64,000 bases of DNA from Takakia lepidozioides (taxonomy: Eukaryota; Plantae; Bryophyta): assembly GCA_030704615.1 (NCBI GenBank), contig CM060733.1, positions 53,196,001-53,260,000 of the forward strand, in the 5' to 3' direction. Positions within the stretch are counted from its first letter, which is position 1. Each line of letters begins with the position of its first letter. Both the position numbers and the translations under genes were made by a program. Positions 34,889-46,900 of the stretch are shown here, one piece after another. Below the pieces are notes generated by a model, which searched no databases, had not been told where the DNA came from, and saw only the letters and a list, made by a program, of their open reading frames with translations.

Positions 34889-36754
34889 GATGAAAAGAAG
34901 CTGTGGAATGAATACTTCTCTGACCCCAGTCAATGGTGGGACAACCAAGGCAAAAGGTGAATTCCTGACAGATTACCAGATGTCATTCTGAACACTGCCC
35001 TGGTGGAAATGTATGTCAAATGTGCGTGCATCGAGGAAAGGGAGTGCTCGAAAGTATGGCTGAATGAGATGTGGTGTCGTGGAGTGCGATGATTGCAGGC
35101 TATGCACAACAAGGGTGCAGGATGGAGGCTTTGGAGACCTATGAGCAAATGATGTACGAAGGGGTGAAGCCCAACCACAGAACGTTTGTTTTTGCTTGCA
35201 ATGCGTGTGCAAGCCTGGGAGCTCTGGAAAAGGGGAAAGAGGTCCATGGTGACATCGTCAAAGCTGGAATTGTACCAGATATCATCCTGAACACTGCCCT
35301 GGTGGACATGTATGCACGGGATGGAGGCTTTGGAGACCTATGAGCAAATGATGTGCGAAGGGGTGAAGCCCAACCACATAACGTTTGTTTTTGTTTGTAA
35401 TGCGTGTGCAAGCCTGGGAGCTCTGGAAAAGGGGAAAGAGGTCCATGGTGACACTGTCAAAGCTGGAATTGAACCAGATGTCATCCTGAACACTGCCCTG
35501 GTGGACATGTATGCAAAATGTGCGTGCATTGAGGCTGGACTTGAGGGGGATGTCCCTGTGGGGACTGCCCTTGTCAGCATGTATGGCAGGTGTGAGAGTT
35601 TGACGCCACCCGAGTATTTGACGTGCAATGCCCAAGCGAGATGGGCTCTCACGGACTGCTATGATTGCAGGATCTGCTCAGCATGGTCATGGTCTTTTTA
35701 ACTCTTTCAGTGCATGCAAAGAGAAGGCATGAAGGCAGATATTGTCTCCTTTATTAGTGTCCTCAACGCTTGTGCTGGCCCGGAGGCTTTAGAACGGGGC
35801 AAGCAGCTCCTTGCCAGCATCATCAAAGCTGAATTTGAGTCAGATGTTGGACTCGGGAATGCCCTTGTCAGTATGTATTGCAAGTGCAGGAGTGTGATGG
35901 ATGCACTCAATGTGTTTGACAGAATGCCTAAGCGAGATGTGGTCTCATGGACTGCGATGATTGGAGGATGTGCACAGAGTGGTCATGGTGAGGAGGCTTT
36001 CAAACTCTTTCGACAAATGCAAAGAGAGGGTGTGAAGCATCCCTGGAACAGGGCAAGTGGGTCCATGCCTACATTATCAAATCTGTGTGTGAGTCAGATG
36101 TCTACGTCAGGAATGCCCTCATTGATTTGTATACCAAATGTGGGAGTGTAGAGGATGCACGGGAGGTGTTTGACAAAATTCTTAAACCAGATGTGGTCTC
36201 ATGGACTGGATGATTATAGGATACGCTCAGCATGGGCGTGGTCACGAGGCTCTCCAACTGTTTGAACTGGTGTGAAGCCAAATGAGGTCACATTTATTGG
36301 TGTTCTCTCTGCATGCAGCCATTTGGGCCTTGTAGATGAAGGTGGTCATTATTTTCAATCCATGTGTCAAGAGCATGGCATTACACCAACAGAAAAGCAC
36401 TACACCTGCATGGTTGACCTCCGTGGCCGTGAATCTATGGAAATGTGGAGTTAGCAGAGTGTGCTGCAGAATGTATTTTCAAGGTGGAATCACAAGATGT
36501 ATACATTTGCCGTTGGAGATAGATCTCACCCACAAGCAGAGGAGATCTATGATGCGTTAGAGAGATTGACTTGGCAGATTAAGGAGGCTGGATATGTGCC
36601 TGAGACACGCCTTGTGTTGCGTGATGTGGATCAGCAGATGAAGGAACAGACTCTTTACCACCACAGCGAAAAGCTGGCCATAGCTTTTGGGCTCATTAGC
36701 ACACCCCCTCCTATCCGCATCATTAAAAACCTATGTGTATGTCGGGTCCCATGA
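34889..36754 (+). pseudogene. PPR-DYW pseudogene: PDF half-motif, PLS repeats and truncated DYW domain
   Basis: DEKKLWNEYFSDPSQWWDNQGK at 34889-34954. Frameshifted PLS motifs include a 199-bp tandem duplication (35121/35320). Also ACSHLGLVDEG and GYVPET...HHSEKLAIAFGLIST...IIKNLCVC, where it is truncated. Confidence 0.9.
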
Positions 36755-37156
36755 GCCTTCTGCTCGGAGTGTATGTCCTGTTCAGTGATCCTCAATCCTT
36801 CAACATGTGCCTTCAAACCGACCATTGGCCTCTAGATGGGCTGTGTTGAGCAGTAGGCTCTATAGATTCATTGGACATTAAAGAAAATTTACCTTTATCT
36901 TTATCAAAGAGGTTATTTTCTCCTTAACCATAATGAAGGGCCTGATTTGTGAGAAGTAGCTTCCCGTTTTTCTTTTTCTTTTTTTTCCTTTCTTTCTTTC
37001 TTTTGAAAGTCTTAGGTGTCTACCTATGGTAATGCACCATGGGAATGACCCACCCCTTTTTGTGAAAATTGAACATAGGTCTTAGAATTCGTAGCCAGTA
37101 ATGAGGAGCAAAGCCAAGCCCTAGTATAATTGAGCTATCTTGATACCTTGACCAAC

Positions 37157-37378
37157 AGTCAGTAGCTCAGTTGGTAAAGTGCACTGAGTGCCATCCGGAT
37201 GACCCTGGGATCAAATCCTGCTACTTGACGGGTGTGGTACGCTCTTCTCCCCGTGCATAGGAAAGCCTTACGGCGAGGTTACTCCTCTCTCTATCAAGGG
37301 GCCTGATTTGTGAGCTGTCGCTCCTAGGTGTTTCCCTTATAAAAAAGAAAAAAAAAAGAAAAAAAAAGAAAAAAAAAA
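37157..37378 (+). mobile_element. tRNA-derived SINE with A-rich tail
   Basis: A box TAGCTCAGTTGG (~37163), B box GGATCAAATCC (~37208), a non-tRNA body, and an A-rich tail at 37341-37378. No clear TSD. Confidence 0.75.
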
Positions 37379-37713
37379 CCTTGGCATATGCTAACAATTT
37401 GATTAATGAATCCAGGACTCTCAAGGATTGAACCCAGGATCTCATGGAGCTTGAGAGGATTTGCCACGGCAGGTCACCCCAGTCGCCGGTTCTCACACGT
37501 GTGACTCCCAGCAGGCAAGAACAGTAACCCTACCGAGGGCCCGGATGAAAGTAAGCATTATATATTGGTAGACAGAAGGAGGTAGTGAGATTTGAACCCA
37601 GTATCAATTGGTTGGCACGTGAACAAAATAGCTATTTTCGCGGTAACATCAAAAGCATAAATTAGTGTCTAATTTGTGGCGCGAGGAAGAAGGTGACCAA
37701 CAGAGCAGCAGCC

Positions 37714-38736
37714 ATGGCGGCTATGGCGAGCTGCTGCACCGCACTGCTGCCCAGGGCCAGCTTTGAAGCCCCCCTTGTTGCTGCTACCAGACCACCTCTT
37801 CGATCCATGTCTCCTCCTTCATTGCCTCTCTTCCATCCGAGCTCTCAGAGTCGCTCTGGAGCAGTTAGCTTAGGATCGTTGGCTTCAGCTCATCAGTTTT
37901 TTGGAAAACGTTCAGGAGTAGTTTGCAGCGCTTTGAATGGTGGAGGCGAAGAGCCACCACAGAGTAGAGAGGAGGCAGTGCAGCAGGCAGCAGCCTCGCT
38001 CTCAATGTTGCTGGAAAAGGCTCTGAAACGGCAGGGGCCATCAACTGTGAAGCAGAGGAAGGAACTACGGCAGGTGAGAGTGCGGGTAGAGATCCCTGTT
38101 CTGGACGATTCTCCCGCCTCGCTTCTCTCTTTGACTGTGGATCTGCTGACCGAGTTTTTGAAATCGAAGAAAAGCCCCAGCAGAATTTCAGTCTTCTTTG
38201 GTGAGGTGTCTGCGCTACATTTAGCTCGGGAGCATTTTTTAGATTTGGGAAATCCATCGAAATTTCAATTTTCGGATCTAGACAGTGAGACGGACACTTC
38301 ATTGGATTCTGCGGTAGTCTTTGTTGTGGCTCCGAAATTCGCCCAAGCTTCTTCTCTTGCAGATGTTGCCAAAGGCGCCAGCGCTAGGCTAATCGTATTG
38401 ATCAATCCAGAGTGGTCCACCGAGCAGGAGAAGGATGCACCGTGGGGAACTCTTCTTTCATCTTTTGACGTGGCCTACTCGTACACTCCCCTTGCTATTC
38501 AAGGATTTTTCACTAAAACTGAAGGAGCAGTACTGAAACATGTGAAGAGTGGAGCACCGGGGGGACGGCCTTGGCTGATTTTTGTCAAGGACAATGATAA
38601 ATTCAAATGTGTGAGCAGTCACAAAAGCCGGCCTGATGTCTCTGAGCTGGAAGGTGCTTTGTACAATTCTTTGGCTGCTAATTCTCCTGTCACAAAATCT
38701 GTCAAATTTCTTCGGGGACTTGTCACCAAGCAATGA
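37714..38736 (+). CDS. DUF1995-domain plastid protein, single exon
   Basis: Ala/Ser-rich transit-peptide-like N-terminus, then PPQSREEAVQQA, RVRVEIP, VLINPEW, FDVAYSY, EGAVLK, PWLIF, SRP motifs. Strong ATG context GCCATGG. Confidence 0.85.
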   Translation: MAAMASCCTALLPRASFEAPLVAATRPPLRSMSPPSLPLFHPSSQSRSGAVSLGSLASAHQFFGKRSGVVCSALNGGGEEPPQSREEAVQQAAASLSMLLEKALKRQGPSTVKQRKELRQVRVRVEIPVLDDSPASLLSLTVDLLTEFLKSKKSPSRISVFFGEVSALHLAREHFLDLGNPSKFQFSDLDSETDTSLDSAVVFVVAPKFAQASSLADVAKGASARLIVLINPEWSTEQEKDAPWGTLLSSFDVAYSYTPLAIQGFFTKTEGAVLKHVKSGAPGGRPWLIFVKDNDKFKCVSSHKSRPDVSELEGALYNSLAANSPVTKSVKFLRGLVTKQ

Positions 38737-40994
38737 CACTTACGGATCCCTGCTTTTCATGCATCTTGGTTCATGCATCTGCCATCCTCAATTGCACTTG
38801 TGGGTGAGGTCGATATTGACACAAATGACAAATGTTGGCATCTTTGCAATCGATTTGAAATGGCAGACTCTATGGTTGCCTCAGCCGACAACCCACATGT
38901 AGCTAAAATTCCGGCTTTCTAGCAGCTTAGTACTTAGACGACATCATATTTCTTGTGCGACCCATTTTAGTTCTAAAGGCGGAAGCAAACCCATTCTCTC
39001 CCTCTATCATGTCAATGGAACTAAGCAAATTTCGCCACCATGTACACAAGAGATCACATTGGTAGAAGAAAGCTTTGTGGAAGGATTCCGGCTTCACAAT
39101 ACCTCATGTCCCTTCTCTCACGGAGCAAGTATGTCAGTTATTCACGAGTTCTTTGCCTTCCTGCACCTTACCTGTGAGCAGGGTACCTTCCAGTGTGGCA
39201 TTGTAACACTCACATTGACAAGGATACTTGTTGGCCATCTATGACTAGAGACCTTTTCTGCCTATCGATAATCTGGGCACATAGGTGTTAGGTTAACAGA
39301 GCAGTTGTTATTGGGCACATATCCGTCTGTTAAGTTAAGCTGCTTCCGCCAACTATTGGAAGGAACGGAGAAACAGCCCTGTTCTTTCTCACAGCTACGT
39401 CACTTTTCTGCCAACAAGTGAGTGGGTGCCTTGTCCTTTGCCCCTTTGCTGTCATAATTCTGACAGACACATGACAGAGCTGGGCCCAGGCTTTTTTCTG
39501 TGGTCCCTGCCAGACCGCTTGAAGCTGCAGTGACAGAGAGGAATCGGATCTAGGGCTTCTTTCCAATAACTTGATGAGGGCAAAAATAGGTCCCTTTTAA
39601 GCTGCAATGCTGTCATCCAGAATTGTTTCAGGAGCTCTGTGATTCCTCTACTGAGCAGTGTTATATTATAAGAAGAATGCATACGTAATGGTGACTACCT
39701 CATGATATGCAATCACCTGTGCTCTCTTTGTCCACTGTAACTTGTCCAATCGCATTGCATTCACAAACTTGGGATATATGTCTGAAGCAGCTTATAAATG
39801 CCCCTGTAATGAATGATTGTTATTGATCTGGGGTCAATGGGAATCAACTGCTTCACGAAACACACATTCTAGTTATTAGCTTGCATTGCATAAGAGAAAA
39901 CACATGGTGGGTAGGCCAAGTATGAGATATTCTCTAGGTTTACGCCAGCTGCAAACAATGGCTGAGGCTAGGCATGCTTCATGAGGTAGGCAGTACACAG
40001 TAAAGCCTGGGGAGGAGGGCGACCCATCAAGGCTTTGAGGCACAAGTACTTCATAAAACTCTGTCGTAAGAGGTCTCCATCAAAGTTAATGTGGCTCGTC
40101 GATGTGTCTCCATTTCAAATCTTTTCTGATCCCAAGTACCCAACAAGTCTTGTCACATTCATTTTTCGCCACAGTTCACATCCGTGCCAAATGAAGGGAA
40201 GAGAGGCTTTTTATAAGGTGCTAAGGACGCAGTGGAGAACTCACTCGTTGTTGTTGTTGCTGTGTGTATGTGGTGTGTGAGAGTGCTGCTGGAGTGTGTT
40301 TGTTGCCTGGGGAGCTGCAGAGAGCGCAGAGAGGGTAAGCGTGCCAATCTAGTGAGAGACCAGCTGAGTGGGGCGTGATGATGCCTGTAAACCCAGTTTT
40401 GTATCCCACCGTCTAGTTGCTGCACGGGTGAGTAGTGTTCTCGGATTCTCTCTCGGCTATGGTGATAGTGACTGCATTAGGCAATGCTGTTTGAAAGGTT
40501 TGTGTGCTGCAGCTTAAATGGGGCCTGCGTTCGCGGATCTCCTTCTCTGCCATACCCCACAAGCTCGAAGTGAGTGAGTGCGTGTTGCAGCCCACGTAGT
40601 CGCGGTCGCTTGCGTGTTTCTGGGTTTGAAGCGGCAGCGGAAGTGGATTGCTTGAACCAGCGCATCACGATCAACACCCTGCAACACACTTGAAGGTAGC
40701 GAGGGAAAGCATTCCACTCCACCAAGTAATGAAACTGAAATGTAGCAGTGGTGCAAGTTAATTAATCTGCTGTGAAGGCGAAGAGGAGAGAATCGAGAGA
40801 ATCGAGTAGGAGGCAGATGATCATTTCTTTAAAGTTTGCAGTTCCTTACTACTGCCAGTGAAGTTTACATTGTATGAGGTAACAACAAAACTTTCTTCCA
40901 TCTTGAATGACATTGTCTACCCCACTAATGACAAGCAGGAGAGAGTGAGAGATAAGGCCTACAAGTAAGGAGAGGAATCTAGGCGAAGAGGAGA

Positions 40995-43900
40995 ATGGAC
41001 CTGTCTGGCAAGTACGTGCGCTACACAAATGAGCAGGTGGAAACACTGGAGCGACTATACCATGAGTGCCCAAAGCCCAGCTCCATTAGGCGTCACCAGC
41101 TCATTAAGGACTGCCCCACCCTTGCCCACATTGAACCCAAGCAAATCAAAGTCTGGTTTCAAAACCGCCGGTGTGTTTTCATTCCCTTCATTCGCCAGTT
41201 TCAGTGGTTGTGTTACGAGCTCAAATGCTCTCTGAAGGAGTGAGTGCATTACATTCTTCTTAACAAGGGTTCAGTCAAGATGGAGAAAACATGAGCTCTC
41301 AGACTAGATATTGAGAACTTTCTACTAATAGAGAACAATCGGTCAAACTTCTTTCTTCACCACTTCAGTAAGACATCTAGCTGAGTTGCTAGTTCACTGG
41401 GGATGAAGGGACCTGTTCAATATTTGTACCTCACCCTTTGAATTTCCAATGTTATAGTCCACTGAGAGGAAGCATTTTTTCTCACCTTCCTGGGATGCTA
41501 GCACTTCCATTGCCCACTTCTGAAAGATTGAGTAGAAGGTGGTTGGGTCGCTACAAGCAGTCTTACGCCGCAACCAACTGCTGCAACTTTTCTATTCCAT
41601 ATATTGCACCTGCTGTGGCATTTAGGGTAGGATATTTATTCCACTTAATCCTGGTTTCAGGTCTTGAGTAGTAGTGAGGCTGTAGAGTGAAACCCCTGCC
41701 ATGCTGTGCACAAGATGTCTCTATTGGGTGGATTATTACAGCTATTAAACCTTTGTAATTCCCTGCAGTGAAGTCCTTATTGGATCTGTATGTACAGTGT
41801 CCAGAGATTGCTTGAAGGCTTGGTTATGAATCATTAGCACCATATTACATGCACATAGAGAGAAACAAAAAAATGTGACCCTGGTGAATGCTACAGCTGT
41901 CGGGAGAAGCAAAGAAAGGAATCGACAAGGCTGGTGAGTGTCAATGCGAAGCTGACAGCGCTGAATAAGCTAATGATGGAGGAAAATGAACGCCTTGCAA
42001 AGCATACATCCCAACTAACCCTGGAGAACCAGTTCCTGCGCCAGCAGCTGCAGGATCTTGCTGCATTCCCTTCTCCTGATGGAAAATGCTGTCCTGTGGA
42101 ACAGGTTGGTTTCCTTTTGTAGCTACCCATTGCATTGTTTTCTCCAAGAGAACAAATGTCTCCCTTGGTTTACAATCACATTACTTCTCAACACACTTGC
42201 AAAGATCAGCTTGCTTATCGAAGGTGAGGTTGTGTAAGTTGGTTTCCTCAGGTTTCTGACTTCACGTATATTAAACCTACATATTAAAAAAAATAGCCAT
42301 TGGGTGGACTTCTTGGTTGACAACTTGGTGAGTCTCTCTATTGCAAATCCTTGCTGTTTTCTTAGTTAATGTCTCTCTTCAGCAGATGGGTTTTCAGTTC
42401 ATTATCTCGACTTGGGACCTAATAAAATTGTCTATAGTAAGAAGGTTTGTGTTTTATCCTTTTGTTATGGAAGAAAGACTTACCAGTAAACTGATGCCAA
42501 GTTTTTATGGAAATAGATGCCACATTCAGTTTGAACTGAGCAAACATGGGAACTATTGATGAATATGTATTAATATGAGTGCTTAATAAACTCTGGATCA
42601 CATATCAGAGATAACCAACAATGAAAATGAGATAGCCACATCCAAGGTAAAGAAAAGCTTCAAAGATGAGAAATACTGACCAGAGAAAAAAATATAAACA
42701 AAAGTCACACCACAAAACTTAAAGGAGGAGGAGAGGGCCGGATGGTATGTTAGGAGTGAGTTGTGTAAGACTGGTTCAGCTTGGTGAAGAATGAACTTGC
42801 TGTGAGATGGTAGGAGTGTTTATTGGAGCTGTGCATAGATAACTCAAATTGATGTGTAGGTGCGACTCCAACCTCCAAAGAAAAGACTGCCTATTGTTCT
42901 GGTGGGTGGGCATGATGGAGGAGACGAGAGTTCAACGCATGGGGGTCTTAGCATGCTGGTGCATGGACAAGCTGGCTTGGCCTCCACAGACACCAGCTCC
43001 GACTCAGTAATCACTGGTGGCCTGCCTCCACATGCAACTCCCCAGCATTCCCCACGAGATCCTAGCTCTGCTGGGTTAGTATCTCCTCTACTGACATTGT
43101 CTGTCCTCGTCTATTAGCTCTTGACTTCTTCATGCTCAAGGAAGTTTTTTATCTACGGCACTTAAACGAGTGGCAAACCTGTGGGAGCGTCTTCACAGCC
43201 ACCTTGTCTTTGACTTGTCTCCAAAACACTTTCTCATGTGCAGATGTTCATTTCTACCCAGAGCCAAATAGGCATCCATATCAAGGTACAATTGTGACGA
43301 GCTCCTGTATGGTCAGACAGTACTGATGAAGGTATGTTGGCAGATTGCTGGCTATCGCAGAAGAGACTTTGACACACTTTTTGGAGAAAGCCACTGGAAC
43401 TGCGGTGGACTGGATTCAGTTACCTGGTATGAAGGTACATGTTTCCTGCTCTTCCTCCCATGCCCTGCCAGCATGGCTTGTTCTATTTGCCTAATTAAAT
43501 CATGGTGGGTGCAAACCTCGGGAGGATTAGTTTCTGGCAAGGATGATAAGGCTATGGCAGTGAACGTTTGCAGGGAATATCATCAGTACATTCTATTTGC
43601 CTAATTGTGCTGTGATGTTTTTTGAACGCATCAATGGAGGTGGACAGGTAATCAGTACTCAACAGTTAGGGTCATGCATTCTTCCTGAATCATTTCAGCA
43701 AATTTCCACCCATCTTGACTGAGACAGGTAGCAGCAACAATGGGGAGGTGGGTTCTTTCCCTTATTTGGTGTGAATGTTGACAGTGAGATTTCCTGTTGA
43801 GGGATTGCAGCCTGGTCCGGATGCCAATGGCATCGTTTCGATTTCCCATGGTGGTGTGGGAATAGCAGCACGAGTATGTGGATTGGTGGGACTTGAGCCC

Positions 43901-46900
43901 AGCAAGGTACGTGGTCTGAAAACAAGTGTTTTGTAACATCCAGGACAAAGTTTGAAAGAAAATTTGATTGTCAACAGTGTTGAATGCTGGAATGTATTCT
44001 TTGGCTGCGTCCATTCTTCAGCAAATGATCATATCTGGTCCATAACAGGCTCCATAGTTGGGGTTCACACCAGTGTGAACCTCTTGTTTTTTCCCAAATT
44101 CTTTTCCCTGCACTGAAGCTAGCTCACACAGCTTATTTTGGCAATAAAATAGTTTGGTAGTAGATGTTCAGCAAGCTTTTATGTGTTACATGGGGTTAAG
44201 TTGCCTTCAGTAGCCTGATGCATCTGTATTGTTTGGGTAATGCAAAGTTTAGGGCACCTGAAATATCAGCATTGTTGTCGTGATTGAGTTTTTGACCTAG
44301 GGGACATGTAGCACAAAGTAAAGAAGTTTGGTTTATCTGGTTGGGTTTGAATTTGACTTTTGCGGTTGAGTCCCTAAATCTATTGCTTGGTACTCTAGTG
44401 ACTAAGAAAAGGCTTTGTTGGAAAGAACTTTTTAGATGTAAGTTTACAGTGTCCATCAGAGGTCTGAAAAACTCCTCGTGTCAGCCTGTGCTACATTGGC
44501 TTTCAGGATTAAGTCATCCTCATGTACTGTGTTTGCACTATGATCAGGTTGCGACTATCTTGAAAGACAGACCATGTTGGCATCGTGATTGTCGGCGACA
44601 AGATATTCTGCGCGCACTCCCTACAGGAAATGGTGGGACTGTGGAGCTGTTGTATACCCAGGTGTGTGCACAAATCATTCTCCTATCTCTAGTTTTGCTC
44701 TCTTGGCACCGATCACTTCTGAGACACTACATTTTAGAGTGTGCATTTAATATCATCGCTTCAATGCTTTTGTTGTTTATCCATAGTTTTAAAGCTTCAA
44801 GTATTGTCATCTTGCAGATGTATGCACCTACAACGCTGGCCTCCCCTCGTGATTTTTATACCTTGAGATACACTATCCTCCTGGAGGATGGCAACCTGGT
44901 GGTAGGCAGCTTCTACTTTGTGTCTCCCTAATTTGCTATGGATTCCATCCTGTGAAGCATATAGTGAGTCTAGAAATGCAGGCCAATTGTGTCACACCTG
45001 CATGTGTCAGCTGCCCAATACGACGTAAGAGTACTCTTTAAGAAGAGGTAGAAAGCTAGTGAGGAAGTCTAGATGTTTTGAAGTCCAAGAGAGTTACACT
45101 TCCCCTGTCATTAGACCTGAACGTGCTATCTACAAATCGCCATGACACGCTTGGCCAATGCACCACTTGTCAGAGCTTGATTAAGGGTGATGGACTGATT
45201 ATGCAGTGCTCCACTGCCAGAATTTGACCTACAAAAACCCTGCCGAACCTTACCTACCATCCCCAAGCACAAAATATTACTGACCAAGAAAGCACCCCAG
45301 GAAGGAGTAATTATTTGCTATGATCCAGTGAATCAACAGGGTAGCAAGTTGTCATGAATTTATTGTTGGTATCATGTGATAGCGAGATAAGTGTCAACCT
45401 GGATGTTGAATAAAAAAGACAGGTTGCAGTGTTAGTTGCAGCTTTGTTTGCTGTTCTACAGGGTTGATAGTAATCTTCATAGCCTTGCTGTAGACTGTGT
45501 TGAGTTTTCTATCGCGTGGATGAAGTAATGAGGTGATGCTATATACATGCATTGCCGTGATGCTCTGGATGTGTTTAGCGGGAAATTGAATAGAAGAGAA
45601 CAGTAGAAATTATAGTTTGGTTATGGTCAGTGATGCATTCAGTCATAATGACGTGCAGATTTGTGAGCGGTCTATCAGTCGAGTAGAGGGGGGAGCAATG
45701 TTGGCACCTGTCCCTCCCTTTGTGAGGGCGGAAATACTACCAAGCGGTTACTTGATTCGCCCATGTGAAGGAGGTGGATGCATCATTCATGTGGTGGACC
45801 ATGTAGATCTGGAGGTGGGCGCTCCCTGCTTTGCTTTAAAACTTCTGTTGGATGGGCAGCTTTGGTGCTATTGTCAGTTTGCAGCTCCACCATATTTGTC
45901 ACTGAATTCCACAAAATGTGGAGCTAAAGATAGTGGGTGCAACAACAACACTGGGTAGTTACTGTTGTGTCCACTGATTCTGATTTTTCAGCTCCACCGA
46001 AATTGAGGTCTTCTTGTGGCCCATGGAAGTGTAATCCATTGGCAGTCCTGTTGGCAATTGGTGCGCAGTCTGCCACCATGTTCCCCACCTTGGCGGATAG
46101 GAAAAGATGTTGGCATTTCAGTTTCCTGGTCCTTAACTTGCAAGTCTTTCAAGGTAAAAAAACATTTTCACAGGGCTTCCGTTGGGGTGTGGATATGCAG
46201 CCATGGAGTGTTCCAGAGGTGCTGCGACCCCTCTATGAGTCGCCCACTTTACTTGCACAGAAGACAACTATCGGGGTAGGGTGCTCTTGTTGCTAGCCAT
46301 TGTCTGAACCGCAGGTGTTGTCATACAGTTTTTGGAGGTTGTTTGGCAGCTATTTATAGTCCACAATTGACCTTCTTTACATGGGAGCTCTTAAATAAGA
46401 TTTGATCAGAGAAGAAAGATTCCTAGTGTTGAGTTGGATGCTTGAGGCTTTGCAGTTCTTGCAGTCAGATGAACTACTTGTGCTTCTGGTAACGTAGGAG
46501 AATTGTATCTTGATGGTTGAAATAATTGGGCTTTCCAATGACAGGCATTGCGGCATTTGCGGCGATTAGCACAAGAAGCAAGTGGGGATGTAGGGCTACA
46601 GTCTCCCCAACAGCCTGTGGTGCTCCGTGCTCTTAGCCACCGCCTTGCCAGGTAAGTCCTTGCTGCTGTGGTCTGAGAGCAAGTGCAGGATTGACCTCAT
46701 GGGAGAATTAAAAAGAGGGGAATGAAGAAACTGGTGGTTAACGATATGATGTGGCCGACACAAGGAGAATGGTAGAAGAACTTGACATGGGACAGAAACA
46801 ATCTTCGGCAAAGATCCGTGGCTGTCAAGCTAAGAGAAGCTTGTATTTGGTTGCGTGACTGGCTTTGCAGAGGATTCAATGAGGCAGTTAATGGGTTTGT

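Noticed and set aside
37157-37230. Possible tRNA gene
   Set aside because: It has A and B boxes but no convincing cloverleaf, and continues into a body and A-rich tail, so it was called a SINE.
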